64,000 nucleotides of DNA from Bdellovibrionota bacterium (GTDB taxonomy: Bacteria > Bdellovibrionota_C > UBA2361 > JBGSMV01). Where the stretch lies: NCBI GenBank assembly GCA_041739995.1, contig JBGSMV010000031.1, positions 32,001-96,000 on the forward strand, read 5' to 3'. The notes under the pieces were generated by a model. It did not search any database and was not told where the DNA came from. It saw only the letters and a program-made list of their open reading frames with translations. Every line of letters begins with the position of its first letter. The first letter of the stretch is position 1. Position numbers and translations under genes: made by a program. Positions 39,292-49,300 of the stretch are shown here, in pieces.

Positions 39292-40143
39292 ATGAATGAT
39301 TCACTCAGGAAAATGGCCCGCTTCGCACTAACACTGATTTCCCTCTCACTCCTCATCCTACTGAGCACCGGGTGTACGGCAACTCGCACTCGCCTTACGC
39401 TTGAGGGTACGTCTTCACTAAGCCCCCCCGAAAGAGCGCGATTTTTGTCACTGATGCGTCAGAGAAAGGAGGAGATCCATACGCTTCGATTGCTTTTCAA
39501 ATCCACCTTCAGGAAGAGTTCCGTCCCTGAAAGTAGAACAGTACGTACGGCTCTGGTCTTTAGGAATCCTGACAGTGTCAGACTTGAGATCCTTCCCTTT
39601 GGTGCTGCGCAGTCACTCCAGCTTCTCGTTAGCTCAATTGATGGAAGCACTCTCCTTTCACCTTCAGATAGAACCGCAGTCGTTTCGCGAGCAGAAAAAG
39701 GCGGACTGTTGAGAACAGCACTCCATCTTCCCTTAAGTGAGGCCGATCTCTCTTTCTATATGGTCGCACGAGTCCCAGAGCGATTTTTTGCGCTACTTTC
39801 CGATGAACGAGACGCCGGCATTTCCTGTAATGCGATCACGCGTCGGTGCTTGGTGGAGTTGCTGCAATTTGGTGACCAATGGATTGTTGATGCAGATTCT
39901 GGAAGGCTGCTGCAAGCCCAGCTGCTCAATAGGTTTACTAAGGATCCAAGCGTCGCGCTGCAGTATTCAAATCAGGCGACTGCTATCGACAGCGTCGAGA
40001 TTCCTCAGGAGATCAACATCGCCGTACCAGAACAAGAACTTCAGCTTGAGTTCCGTCTGATTAAGGGTCGCATAAATGTTTCCGTTCCTGACGCGCTCTT
40101 CGAGGTGTTTATTCCACCGTCCTATTCGGTGGTCCGTCCCTAG
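39292..40143 (+). CDS. Lipoprotein, LolB/DUF4292-like
   Basis: Lipobox LSTGC; PDSVRLEILPFG motif; lies directly after the TPR gene as in TPR-lolB operons. Confidence 0.55.
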   Translation: MNDSLRKMARFALTLISLSLLILLSTGCTATRTRLTLEGTSSLSPPERARFLSLMRQRKEEIHTLRLLFKSTFRKSSVPESRTVRTALVFRNPDSVRLEILPFGAAQSLQLLVSSIDGSTLLSPSDRTAVVSRAEKGGLLRTALHLPLSEADLSFYMVARVPERFFALLSDERDAGISCNAITRRCLVELLQFGDQWIVDADSGRLLQAQLLNRFTKDPSVALQYSNQATAIDSVEIPQEINIAVPEQELQLEFRLIKGRINVSVPDALFEVFIPPSYSVVRP

Positions 40144-40282
40144 TGTCCTGAGATAGAAGTTCATTTAAGCATTTTTCTCGCTGTTCTCGCTGAACTTCTT
40201 GTGCAACTCACGGCTTGCCTACACCTATATTCACAAAGAGGCCAGCGAGCGCGGCGAGAATTGTTCATAGAACCAACACTAG
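40140..40282. mobile_element. MITE-like palindromic repeat, family A copy 3
   Basis: CTAGTGTCCTGAGATAGAAGTTCATT...ACACTAG, with internal hairpin TCTCGCTGTTCTCGCTG.../CAGCGAGCGCGGCGAGA. Confidence 0.78.
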
Positions 40283-40292
40283 AGACAGATGG

Positions 40293-42062
40293 TCAACTTA
40301 TCGCACTATCCCCTAAGCGCTCGAGCGCAGCGCTCCCCATGCGCATCGCCCACCTATGGGCCAGTACGTGCGCATACACAAGCATAGTTGAAGCGCTCAC
40401 TACCAACACACCCCATTGCACGTCTCCAAACTCACCCCCTTGAGAGCGAAGTGTTCGAAGTACCACAAGAAATGCTGTTGGAATTCCTGCGACAAAGATC
40501 AACAAAGCACTGGCGAAAAAGTAAAAAACCGCCCCCACTCCGGCAGTAACCTGAGCGGGATGGTCCCAGGTGAAGTTTGAGAATACCGCTCCAAGACCCA
40601 CTGCCAATCCAACGATTCCATAACAATATATCCAACTGACCAAACCGCTCACCGCAATGATTCTCGGTTCAGCTTGAATCGCGAAGCCGCCACTCACCAT
40701 GACAACACTCATAATAGCCGCCAGCGGAATAAACCAGCACCAAAACTTTCCGCGCAAAATTTCTGCCCCACTGAGCGGTGCGCCCTGAAGGATCCAAATG
40801 TTTCTGCCTTCAAGAGAGATAGATGGGAAAACAAAGCGCATGCAAATTGTGGTCGTTACCAAAGCACCGACCAAAATATTCAAGACTACTAAGACACCTT
40901 CCCACCACAATCTCGCTGAATCCTGCAACTGTGCATGCTCTCCAGCCACGCGTAAGATTTGGAAATTGTAGAGATACACTACGCACAGTCCAAGCAGCAC
41001 CATGAGTTGCAGCGCCTGCACCACGTCACGAGCAAACAATTTCAACTCCTTTGCGATAATCGCGCGAGTCGAAGGCCTGGCCATACACATTAAGATACGA
41101 ACTATTCTCTGCGCCCGCCTTCCGTCGATTCGAAACAAACGCTGAGGGCCCTGATGCCTTGCGCGCACTTTCTCAAGGAGTCCAATTGCCGAAACGCCCG
41201 CTAGAACCAGTAACACGAGAGCCACACCGAGATATCGCGCCAGATACCCAAGAAACTCTGCATGCTGTCCGTTACGTAGCGCAGCCAATGTACCCGCAGC
41301 GAGATGCGCTGGATTCACGTAATCCCAGAACTCAATCGGCTGAGGTTGGTCAAGATACGAGAGAAGTAACCGACCAATAATGACACTAACGTCCTCACGC
41401 AGCGCCTCAGGAGGAACATGCCAAGGGGCCACCAAATAGGCACCAATCATTGTACCAAGCCCGACGATCACCATGCCAAGACGAATTCGTCGTGGGGTCA
41501 CTATCCATCCCACCAAGGTTACTAACGAGATTGCTCCCGCACTCGCACACAACACTAGGACCACCAGCATGAGAGCGCCGATTACATAGAATTCCGGCGA
41601 TACCTGAAAGAAATCCGCCACCGCCACAAGAATGGGAGAAACAAGCAAGAGAGGAAACCACGAGGAAACTAAGGCAATATCCCAAAGTTTTCCAAAAAAG
41701 ATTACCCGTCTTGGTACCGGCGAAGTGAGGATTAGATCTAGATCATGAGAAAAGAACAGCGCCGAGAGTGCCGCTACGACCCCTGAGAATAGAAGCAGCA
41801 CGGCCAGCACAGAGAATAGAAGCTGTAGCGGCAGTAGAAGTGGAATTTCTCGTCCCCCAAGGCTCTCACTAAGCCCCGCAAGCGCTACGCTGGTGCTTTG
41901 GAGTAGTCCAAACAACAAAATAAATGCAAAGGTAAAGAGCAATCCATTCTTGACCCATGTCCCCGGAAGATCTCGAACCGCACTGGAGCGACGTAGGATT
42001 GCCGCAACGCGCGGCCTTAAAAGCACAGGGGTCAGCGCCCACCAACGAGGGAGTTTATTCAT
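40293..42062 (-). CDS. ABC-2-type exporter permease
   Basis: Two TM bundles; DLDLILTSPV, KELKLFARD, RFVFPSISLEG motifs; follows an ABC ATPase. Confidence 0.85.
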   Translation of the reverse strand: MNKLPRWWALTPVLLRPRVAAILRRSSAVRDLPGTWVKNGLLFTFAFILLFGLLQSTSVALAGLSESLGGREIPLLLPLQLLFSVLAVLLLFSGVVAALSALFFSHDLDLILTSPVPRRVIFFGKLWDIALVSSWFPLLLVSPILVAVADFFQVSPEFYVIGALMLVVLVLCASAGAISLVTLVGWIVTPRRIRLGMVIVGLGTMIGAYLVAPWHVPPEALREDVSVIIGRLLLSYLDQPQPIEFWDYVNPAHLAAGTLAALRNGQHAEFLGYLARYLGVALVLLVLAGVSAIGLLEKVRARHQGPQRLFRIDGRRAQRIVRILMCMARPSTRAIIAKELKLFARDVVQALQLMVLLGLCVVYLYNFQILRVAGEHAQLQDSARLWWEGVLVVLNILVGALVTTTICMRFVFPSISLEGRNIWILQGAPLSGAEILRGKFWCWFIPLAAIMSVVMVSGGFAIQAEPRIIAVSGLVSWIYCYGIVGLAVGLGAVFSNFTWDHPAQVTAGVGAVFYFFASALLIFVAGIPTAFLVVLRTLRSQGGEFGDVQWGVLVVSASTMLVYAHVLAHRWAMRMGSAALERLGDSAIS

Positions 42063-42135
42063 GAAGGTCTCGTAAACGCCTTTCAAACAGCAAAGCAGTA
42101 AGCTCGCAAAACACGGAGTCCTCTATCAAAGGAAT

Positions 42136-42279
42136 GGTTATTCAGAAACTTCTGAATAACCCGTGTTTCTATCTTCGTGTGCTTTGTGGTCTTCGTGGCT
42201 CAATTCAATCTAGGGCGATTTCTAATGTCTATTTGCACCACAAAGACCACTAAGATTTAGTTCTTTAGAGTTTCCTTAA
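42136..42279. repeat. Palindromic / MITE-like element (family C) between ABC ATPase and permease
   Basis: Perfect IR GGTTATTCAGAA-AC-TTCTGAATAACC; imperfect ends GAAACTTCTGAATAAC/GTTCTTTAGAGTTTCC followed by TTAA; internal arms TCTTCGTGTGCTTTGTGG/CCACAAAGACCACTAAGA. Confidence 0.55.
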
Positions 42280-42333
42280 AAGTCCGCTCGCTCCCGTATG
42301 ACTTCCATACGAACGGATCCAACCAAGCGATGT

Positions 42334-43089
42334 CTAACGAAACATTTCTCGATGCTCCCCGTCCGAAGCTTGCGTGGTAAGTTCGATAAAAATCGCTTCG
42401 AGATCACCTTCTCCGCGGCCCGTCCGTTCGCGAATCTCTTTGAGTGTACCAATCGCTATCAAACGTCCACGATGAACGATCGCAAGTCTATCAGAGACTT
42501 CTTCCGCTACATTAAGCGAATGAGTCGACAGCAAAACTGACAAGCCCTCACTCGCATAGCGGCGCAGCTGCTGTTTAAACAACTTCGCCCCATGCGGATC
42601 GAGTCCCACCATTGGCTCATCAACAATCAGCACTTTGGGTTCATGAATAAGCGCAGAACATGTCGCTAGCCGTTGCTTCATGCCGTGCGAGTAGCTCTCA
42701 ACTAACTCATCTTGCCATTCAACTAACTTATACTCGGCAAGCAATAGATCTATCCGCTCCTCCGCCCGCGCAGCAGGAACAGAATAAAGATCCGCCACGA
42801 AGTACAAGAATTCTCGCCCCGTCAGCTTTGAATACAAATATGGTCTATCAGGAATGAAGCCTGTAATGGCTTTCGCTTGCCGTGGATCGCGCTCCATATC
42901 GAAGCCACCAATCCGAATGATCCCTGCGGTCGGTTTTAGAATCCCTGCCAACATTCTGAGCGTGGTGGTCTTCCCCGCGCCATTTACCCCGAGGAATCCG
43001 AACACCTCTCCAGGCTCCACCTTGAGGCAAAGGTCATCTACCGCACGAAAATCGCCGTATCGCTTTGTTACATGCTCCAGCTCAATCAT
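42334..43089 (-). CDS. ABC transporter ATP-binding protein
   Basis: Walker A GVNGAGKTT, signature YSHGMKQR, Walker B LIVDEP, H-loop STH. Confidence 0.95.
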   Translation of the reverse strand: MIELEHVTKRYGDFRAVDDLCLKVEPGEVFGFLGVNGAGKTTTLRMLAGILKPTAGIIRIGGFDMERDPRQAKAITGFIPDRPYLYSKLTGREFLYFVADLYSVPAARAEERIDLLLAEYKLVEWQDELVESYSHGMKQRLATCSALIHEPKVLIVDEPMVGLDPHGAKLFKQQLRRYASEGLSVLLSTHSLNVAEEVSDRLAIVHRGRLIAIGTLKEIRERTGRGEGDLEAIFIELTTQASDGEHREMFR

Positions 43090-43234
43090 AGATGGTCTTC
43101 CTTTGGTGGCGTCACATTCTTAAGGACTCGTGAACTGCCAGATCCTTTCTACCGCCGCGACAGAGGTCGTGCAAAACAAGAAATATTCGCCTTACCTGGG
43201 CCCTTGGCTACCCAATTTAAGTATACTAACCAAC

Positions 43235-43476
43235 GGGCAGACTAGTGGCCCTAATCCGAACTAAGTTACTAAATAGGGGTGCGGTCTCTCGGGCCACCAG
43301 ATATTGCCTATTCGACTCCAGGCTCCTGCCTTCCGTCGAACTCGCTCCAAACTCTACTGGGGGCCCCGCGTGCCCCAGTTCCGAGTCGCTCCAGCCGCCT
43401 CGCGGCTGTCCGGCCTTCCTGGCCGGCGTGTGGTGAGTCAGTTCAGGTATAGACATAGTCATCGGCTCACCACACG
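43235..43476. ncRNA. Candidate structured ncRNA (GGA-rich on the minus strand; possible Csr/Rsm-type)
   Basis: Six consecutive hairpins and 8 minus-strand GGA motifs in 103 nt; family and strand not established. Confidence 0.4.
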
Positions 43477-43521
43477 AGTAGGATGTTGCTGCTCCGAAAG
43501 TCGGTTTGCGAGAGTTTGGCG

Positions 43522-44625
43522 ATGAAACTTGGCATCTGGGTTGAATGCGAACACGAGGATTCCCCCTTTGTCTCAGAGGAGCGGCTCAATTTATTTGTAG
43601 AACGTGTCTCCACGCTTGAGATTTCAGGACTCAAGGTTGAGGCCATCTATCTTCAGGTGCTGCGCCGCGGAACTGCCTACTTTCAAAGTTCCCATTGCGA
43701 ACAGGCCCCAATCATTTCAAATTCCTATGACCCACTTAGGCGCATTTGTGAGCGGCTGTCTGAACAGGGAATAGCGGTTCATGCATGGATTAACTGCTGT
43801 AACTTTGGCTGCACCCCCTCCGCCAGAGCCCTCGAGCAACTCGGTGCCGATTCCTTGATTCACGATCACTTTGGCACCAGCATAGCTAGCTACGAACACT
43901 GGTCTACCCCTCGCAACCCTTCGCTTTCGCATTTTTCGGTAGATACTCCCGGCGCGTGGATTGACCCTTCCTCTCCTACACTCGCGCCCTTTTTGCAGCA
44001 CTCAGTCTCTGAACTCCTTGAGGGCTATCCCCTACTTTCTGGTATCCATCTCGACTTCATTAGATACCCCTATATGCTCCCTATTCGCCCTGGGGCCGCC
44101 ATTCCCTTTGGTTTGGACTTGGGGCTTGGGCCCGCGTTGAGACGCTTCTCTGAGACTCTTTCAACGCCTATGGAGGCTGAAAGTCATTTTAATGCCCCGG
44201 GCATATGGCGTGATGACGCGCTGGCTTTACGATTTGATCAATGGCGACGGACGCAGGTTACGAGCTTAGTCCAATCCATTCGGGCAACAGTCGGGACAAG
44301 GCTCTCGCTTTCCGCAGCCGTGCTCACTTGGAGCGACCGGGCGTATCTAAGCGCGTTTCAAGACTGGAGAAGCTGGCTTCAAGATGAGCTACTGGACGCG
44401 GCACTCCTCATGTCCTACAGCGCGGACCTGCAACATGTCAGGCATATGATAGCGAGTGCGCTACCCTTCCAAGGAAAGCACTCTCGAGTGCATGCAGGTA
44501 TTGGTTGCTATAAACTTTCTGGTGCACCAGAGATACGCACACAGCTAGAAAGCGTCGCAGAGCTTGGTGCCGAAGGCGCAGTACTTTTTTCTTATTGCTC
44601 AACTCAGAAAGCGCTCTTCGCCTAG
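43522..44625 (+). CDS. Glycosyl hydrolase-like family 10 (DUF187) TIM-barrel protein
   Basis: IYLQVLRRG, YDPL, VHAWIN, WIDP, GIHLDFIRYP, QDWRSWL. Confidence 0.85.
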   Translation: MKLGIWVECEHEDSPFVSEERLNLFVERVSTLEISGLKVEAIYLQVLRRGTAYFQSSHCEQAPIISNSYDPLRRICERLSEQGIAVHAWINCCNFGCTPSARALEQLGADSLIHDHFGTSIASYEHWSTPRNPSLSHFSVDTPGAWIDPSSPTLAPFLQHSVSELLEGYPLLSGIHLDFIRYPYMLPIRPGAAIPFGLDLGLGPALRRFSETLSTPMEAESHFNAPGIWRDDALALRFDQWRRTQVTSLVQSIRATVGTRLSLSAAVLTWSDRAYLSAFQDWRSWLQDELLDAALLMSYSADLQHVRHMIASALPFQGKHSRVHAGIGCYKLSGAPEIRTQLESVAELGAEGAVLFSYCSTQKALFA

Positions 44626-44670
44626 TGCACTGACTTAAAAGTTCAATGAACTCCTTACGCAGGACACTAG
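44622..44670. mobile_element. MITE-like repeat, family A copy 4 (terminal repeats only, 49 bp)
   Basis: CTAGTGCACTGACTTAAAAGTTCA-A-TGAACTCCTTACGCAGGACACTAG, CTAG at both ends. Confidence 0.72.
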
Positions 44671-44828
44671 CGGGAGTGCAAAAGACTCTCTTCACGAGCC
44701 AGCAACCCTTCGGGTCATACCCACCTGTCGGCTATCGGCGACATTCAGCTATTGATCCAGGCCCCTGACACAAAGCCAGAAACCAAGCGTGAGACTTACC
44801 GGCGGCGTGTGTGCGCCAGACGCAATCT

Positions 44829-45035
44829 CTAGTTGAGTAATTGAATTGCTTTTCGATTCTTTCGAAGAATGCTTTCGATCGTAAGAGAAGCAAGGCGATA
44901 TCCTTCAGCTTCACTCTTCCCGGCTTCAAGCGCGATTTCGGATATAACTTCGATCAGATCACCGATCGTTGTTTGAATTAGAGGAGCACTGTTCTGCTCT
45001 ACCGTAGATTTTTGATTATCACTTGCGCTTGCCAT
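44829..45035 (-). CDS. Small hypothetical protein (~68 aa)
   Basis: GAGGTG RBS before ATG 45035; amphipathic helical sequence TTIGDLIEVISEIALE. Confidence 0.55.
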   Translation of the reverse strand: MASASDNQKSTVEQNSAPLIQTTIGDLIEVISEIALEAGKSEAEGYRLASLTIESILRKNRKAIQLLN

Positions 45036-45310
45036 ACCACACCTCATTTACAACCTTGAGCCTAACCGCTCAGAAACCAATCAGCTCTTTAGAACAGCGG
45101 GTCTCTGATACAATTCCGATACATTTCGAGGCCATAGCGGCTTCAGAATGTACTAGTATGATGTTCAAAGCCTGCCATTGAGATTCAAGGGCGGTGAAGA
45201 AAAAGTAGCCCCACGGGAAAATTTTCAGACATCGCCCTTCCTGGCAGTAGTTAAGAGATTTCCTCACCTCGGGTGGCTGCGACGCGCTCGCGTGTACTCT
45301 TTTCGGGGAA

Positions 45311-46141
45311 TTAGATCTGGTCGATACCAGAGGTGCCCGCTCGAGATGCCTTCAGGCAGAATATTGGTAATCCTTGGTTGACAAAGAGCTGCTCAAATTC
45401 CGTCACTACATTGTCAGAAACTAACTCTGAGCGGTGCAGGTCCAGAGATACTGTATCGAGGTCAAATAGCCCTCCTGAATGAATTGAGGAGAGCACGTCC
45501 TCAAAGTAACCTCGATGATCGGTTTTAAACGATAGTTTTCCGCCCGGCTTTAGCAGGGCGTGCACGTGCTTGATAGACTCCTCTCCCAACAGTCTATGTT
45601 TTTTCCATCTGCGCTTGTCCCAAGGATCGGGGAAATTGACAAACACTCCGTCAAGCGATTGTGGGGGAAGAATCTCTTGAATGGTAAGGGCATCAGTGCG
45701 CACTACCAATAAATTCTCAATTCCTCGCTCGAGCGCCTTCTCAGCAGTTCTTACCACTCGCTTAAAGCGGAGCTCAAAGCCGACCCAAAGGGCGTCCCTA
45801 TGTCTATTCGCTTGCTCTATAAGATGGATTCCAGACCCTGAACCTAATTCAACATAGGCTCTTGAAGCGGTAGCCAGTCGCTCACGTAGTCTCGAGACTT
45901 CATCCTCGGAGAGAGCGGGACGATCGCTTCCAACCACGGAGCTTGAGACTTTCCCAAGCTTATGCACGTAGGGATTAACCCAACGCCGATCAGTAATTCT
46001 ACGCCTTCCACTAGCAGGCTGGTGAAAAAGTGCCCTCCTTGGCACATTTTCACTCGCTCCAAGCTCTTTTCGCACGACGAGCGGCGCGGAATCCGCGTCG
46101 CTTCGCGTACTTTCGCTTTGCTCCAGTCCGCGGTCGGACAT
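45311..46141 (-). CDS. trmB: tRNA (guanine-N7)-methyltransferase
   Basis: VELGSGSG, VNFPDPW..RRWKKHRL, FKTD, TEFEQ; GGGAGG RBS before ATG 46141. Confidence 0.93.
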   Translation of the reverse strand: MSDRGLEQSESTRSDADSAPLVVRKELGASENVPRRALFHQPASGRRRITDRRWVNPYVHKLGKVSSSVVGSDRPALSEDEVSRLRERLATASRAYVELGSGSGIHLIEQANRHRDALWVGFELRFKRVVRTAEKALERGIENLLVVRTDALTIQEILPPQSLDGVFVNFPDPWDKRRWKKHRLLGEESIKHVHALLKPGGKLSFKTDHRGYFEDVLSSIHSGGLFDLDTVSLDLHRSELVSDNVVTEFEQLFVNQGLPIFCLKASRAGTSGIDQI

Positions 46142-46394
46142 CCTGTCCTCCCTATCAGGCTCTAAAATCTCTCGCATGTTTACGATGCTATCGTCTCGAC
46201 TGTTACAAAGCGACTCTCCGCTAGGCACCCATATCTACTGATCCTTTTCATAAATGGATTCAAGTCGTTATGCGCGCGCTCAGGTGATCTCCTTTGAGCT
46301 TCAGTACAATCGCCGACGATCCGATTACCTACGAGAGTCCCCTAGCCTTCAACTAGGTGGGGAATTACGTAAGTTGAAGGAGCTCAGGACGCAC

Positions 46395-49300
46395 GTGATT
46401 CGCATGATTCGACAACTTTGGCTACCCGCCCTTGTTTTGATAGGGGCGCTCCTTGGAAGCGGTGTTTACGCGCGCCACATTACGCACATTGAGCTCGATA
46501 GGCACCGAGCAACTTTCGAATTTCTCTCGACAAGACAGGTACGGGAAGCAAGACGCAGGCTGCAAGTCTACGTATATGGCCTTGGAGGAGTGTCAGGAGT
46601 CTTCGCCGCAAGTCAGTCCGTGGAACGACATGAGTTCAGGGCCTACACGCTCTCTCGGACCCTCGCTACAGAGTTCCCTGGCAGCACTGGGCTCGGATTC
46701 ATCACCAGAGTTTCCCGAGAAAACATCTCAGAGTTTATCACCAATACTCAAGCCGATGGAGCCCCCGGCTTTTCCGTCGTGTCATCGAGCTCTTCTCCTG
46801 AACTCAGAGTGGTGACCTTTGCCGAACCGGTGGAGCACAACGATGAGCTTCTTGGCCTCGATCTGACCGACTACCCCGACCTAAACGCGACGCTCACTCG
46901 CTCAATGACGACAGGAGAAGCGGCCGTCTCGGAACCCTTCCAGCTTCCACACGATACCCAGAAAAGACTTGGCGTACTGATTGTAACGCCGATTTTTCAC
47001 AAGCAAATGGCCACCGAAACCGAAGTGCATCGTCACCTTGCACTTCAGGGTTGGGTCTTCTCACCCATAATTCTAGAAAAGGTCTTTGAAAACTTCCAAG
47101 CAGTTACCGAAGAACGGGTCTTCTTTGAACTCAAGGACCGCGGTAGCGCATCCGCGCAAGCATTGATGTTCACTAACAAGCCAGAAGCACTAAGGGGAAA
47201 ACGCTCTACTGAAATGGGCGGGGCCGAGTATTCCCAATCCGAACCGTTCTCCTTTGGTGGACGTGAATACCTTGTCACCACTACCAGCACCCCCAAGTTT
47301 GGAAATAGTCGCCAGCAGACTTCTATAACTCTCGTCATGCTCCTCGGAGGCACCATCGGCATACTTCTAAGCGGTATCATTGTAGTTCTTCAGGGGACTC
47401 GGTCACGCGCAGAGCGAATAGCTCGCGACATTACCGAGGAACCTTCGGTGGAGCGAGAGCGTCTTCAACTTGCATTGAAAGGAAGTGGCCTCGGGCTCTG
47501 GGACTGGAATCTCATCACTGATGAGGTGATTTATGATGCAGGCTGGGCGTCCATGATAGGAGAGCAAGTAGCTGAGCTCCCCCGTACACTTGAAACCTGG
47601 GGCACACGAGTTCATCTGGACGACCTACTCAAAGCGCGGGCAGCAATTGAAATGCACGTTCTTCAAGAATCGGCGGTATACGAATGTACCCATCGTCTAA
47701 GGCATCACAACGGTGAATGGCGATGGATTCTGGCCCACGGGCGGATTATGGAGCGTGATCCCGATGGCACCCCTCGACGCATGCTAGGAATTCATTTGGA
47801 TGTTACCGATCAAGTCAAACGTCGACAGGAGCTCGAGGACACCAAGGATCTACTTGAACGGACCTCATCTCTCGCTGGGGTTGGCGGCTGGGAGCTTGAT
47901 CTTGAGACAAACAAAATTCGATGGTCGAAACAAGTTTTTCGTATTCATGAACTTGAGGGTCCAGTACCACCAGGTCTGACTGAAGCGATCAATTTCTTTG
48001 CTCCAGAGGCTCAAGTTCAGATTACCAATGCCATCGCACGCGCCAAGGAACATGGTATCGGCTGGGACCTTGAACTTCCCTTTATAACGGCAAAGTCCCG
48101 TCATATCTGGGTCAGAGCCGTAGGGAGACCTATTCTAGTAAACGAAAAATGTGTTCGACTCTCTGGCGTACTCCAGGACATCACGAGTCGCAAGGAGTCG
48201 GAAGACTCTTTGCGGTGGCATGCTGAAACCCTTAAGCAGGCGAACGATACGGCCCTTGAGGCGAGTCGGGTAAAAAGTCAGTTTCTCGCAAACATGAGCC
48301 ATGAAATTCGAACTCCAATGAACGGCATAATCGGGATGGCAGGGCTCTTGCTTGAAACCAACCTGACCGCAGAACAACATGATCTCCTGGAGTCGCTCGA
48401 CTACTCAGCAAAGTCTCTACTTTCAATTATCAATGACATTCTCGATCTTTCGAAAGTGGAGTCCGGGAAGATTGAGCTCAGTCCGATCACCTTCGATGTG
48501 CACCAGTTCCTGAAAAGCACGTTTTCACTGCTTGAACTACGAGCAAGGGAACGCAATATAACTCTTGTCTCAAGTCTCCATTCCGATATCCCCGCGCTAT
48601 TGGTCGGAGATGATGTGCGCCTTCGCCAAGTGCTCGTTAATCTGATCGGAAATGCCATCAAATTCTCTGCAGATGAAGGTGCGGTCGTCGTCACTATTAC
48701 GCCAAAGTCCCTTGGCAGTGAGTGCATCGAACTACACTTCTCTGTCTCCGACACGGGCGTAGGAATCTCCGAGGACAAGTTGGAGAAAATTTTTGACCCC
48801 TTTACCCAAGCTGAATCAGGAACCACGCGCAAATTTGGTGGCACAGGTCTTGGCCTCACCATCTCGCGAAAGCTAGTCGCGCTTATGGGAGGACAACTGA
48901 ACGTCCATAGCCGCGAGGGCGTTGGGTCCCGCTTTGACTTTTCAGTGAAACTGCAAATTGGTCACGAGCTACCGCTTAGCACCGCTCGATCAGTGCCCGC
49001 ACTAAACGCGAGAGATGCCCTACCAGCTTCCACGAACAACAACGCCGCTCCCTGCGTTCTACTCGTTGAGGATAATCCCATAAATCGAAAACTAGCCTGC
49101 AAAATTCTTGAAAAATCAGGCTGTAGGGTGGTTGTGGCCAATGACGGGCAGCAAGCGCTCGATGCCCTCAAGCAAAGCCCTGAACGCTTTGCGATGATCT
49201 TCATGGACTGCCAAATGCCCGTGATGGACGGTTACTGCGCCACACAGGAAATTAGAAGACAAGAGGAGCTATCCGGGAAACACATCCCCATTGTCGCGAT

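Noticed and set aside
43226..43525. Short ORFs over the structured region, and resemblance to tRNA-Sec, tmRNA or SRP RNA
   Set aside because: ORFs lack RBS or protein-like features; no TCA anticodon arm, no T-arm before the CCA, no SRP helix-8 motif
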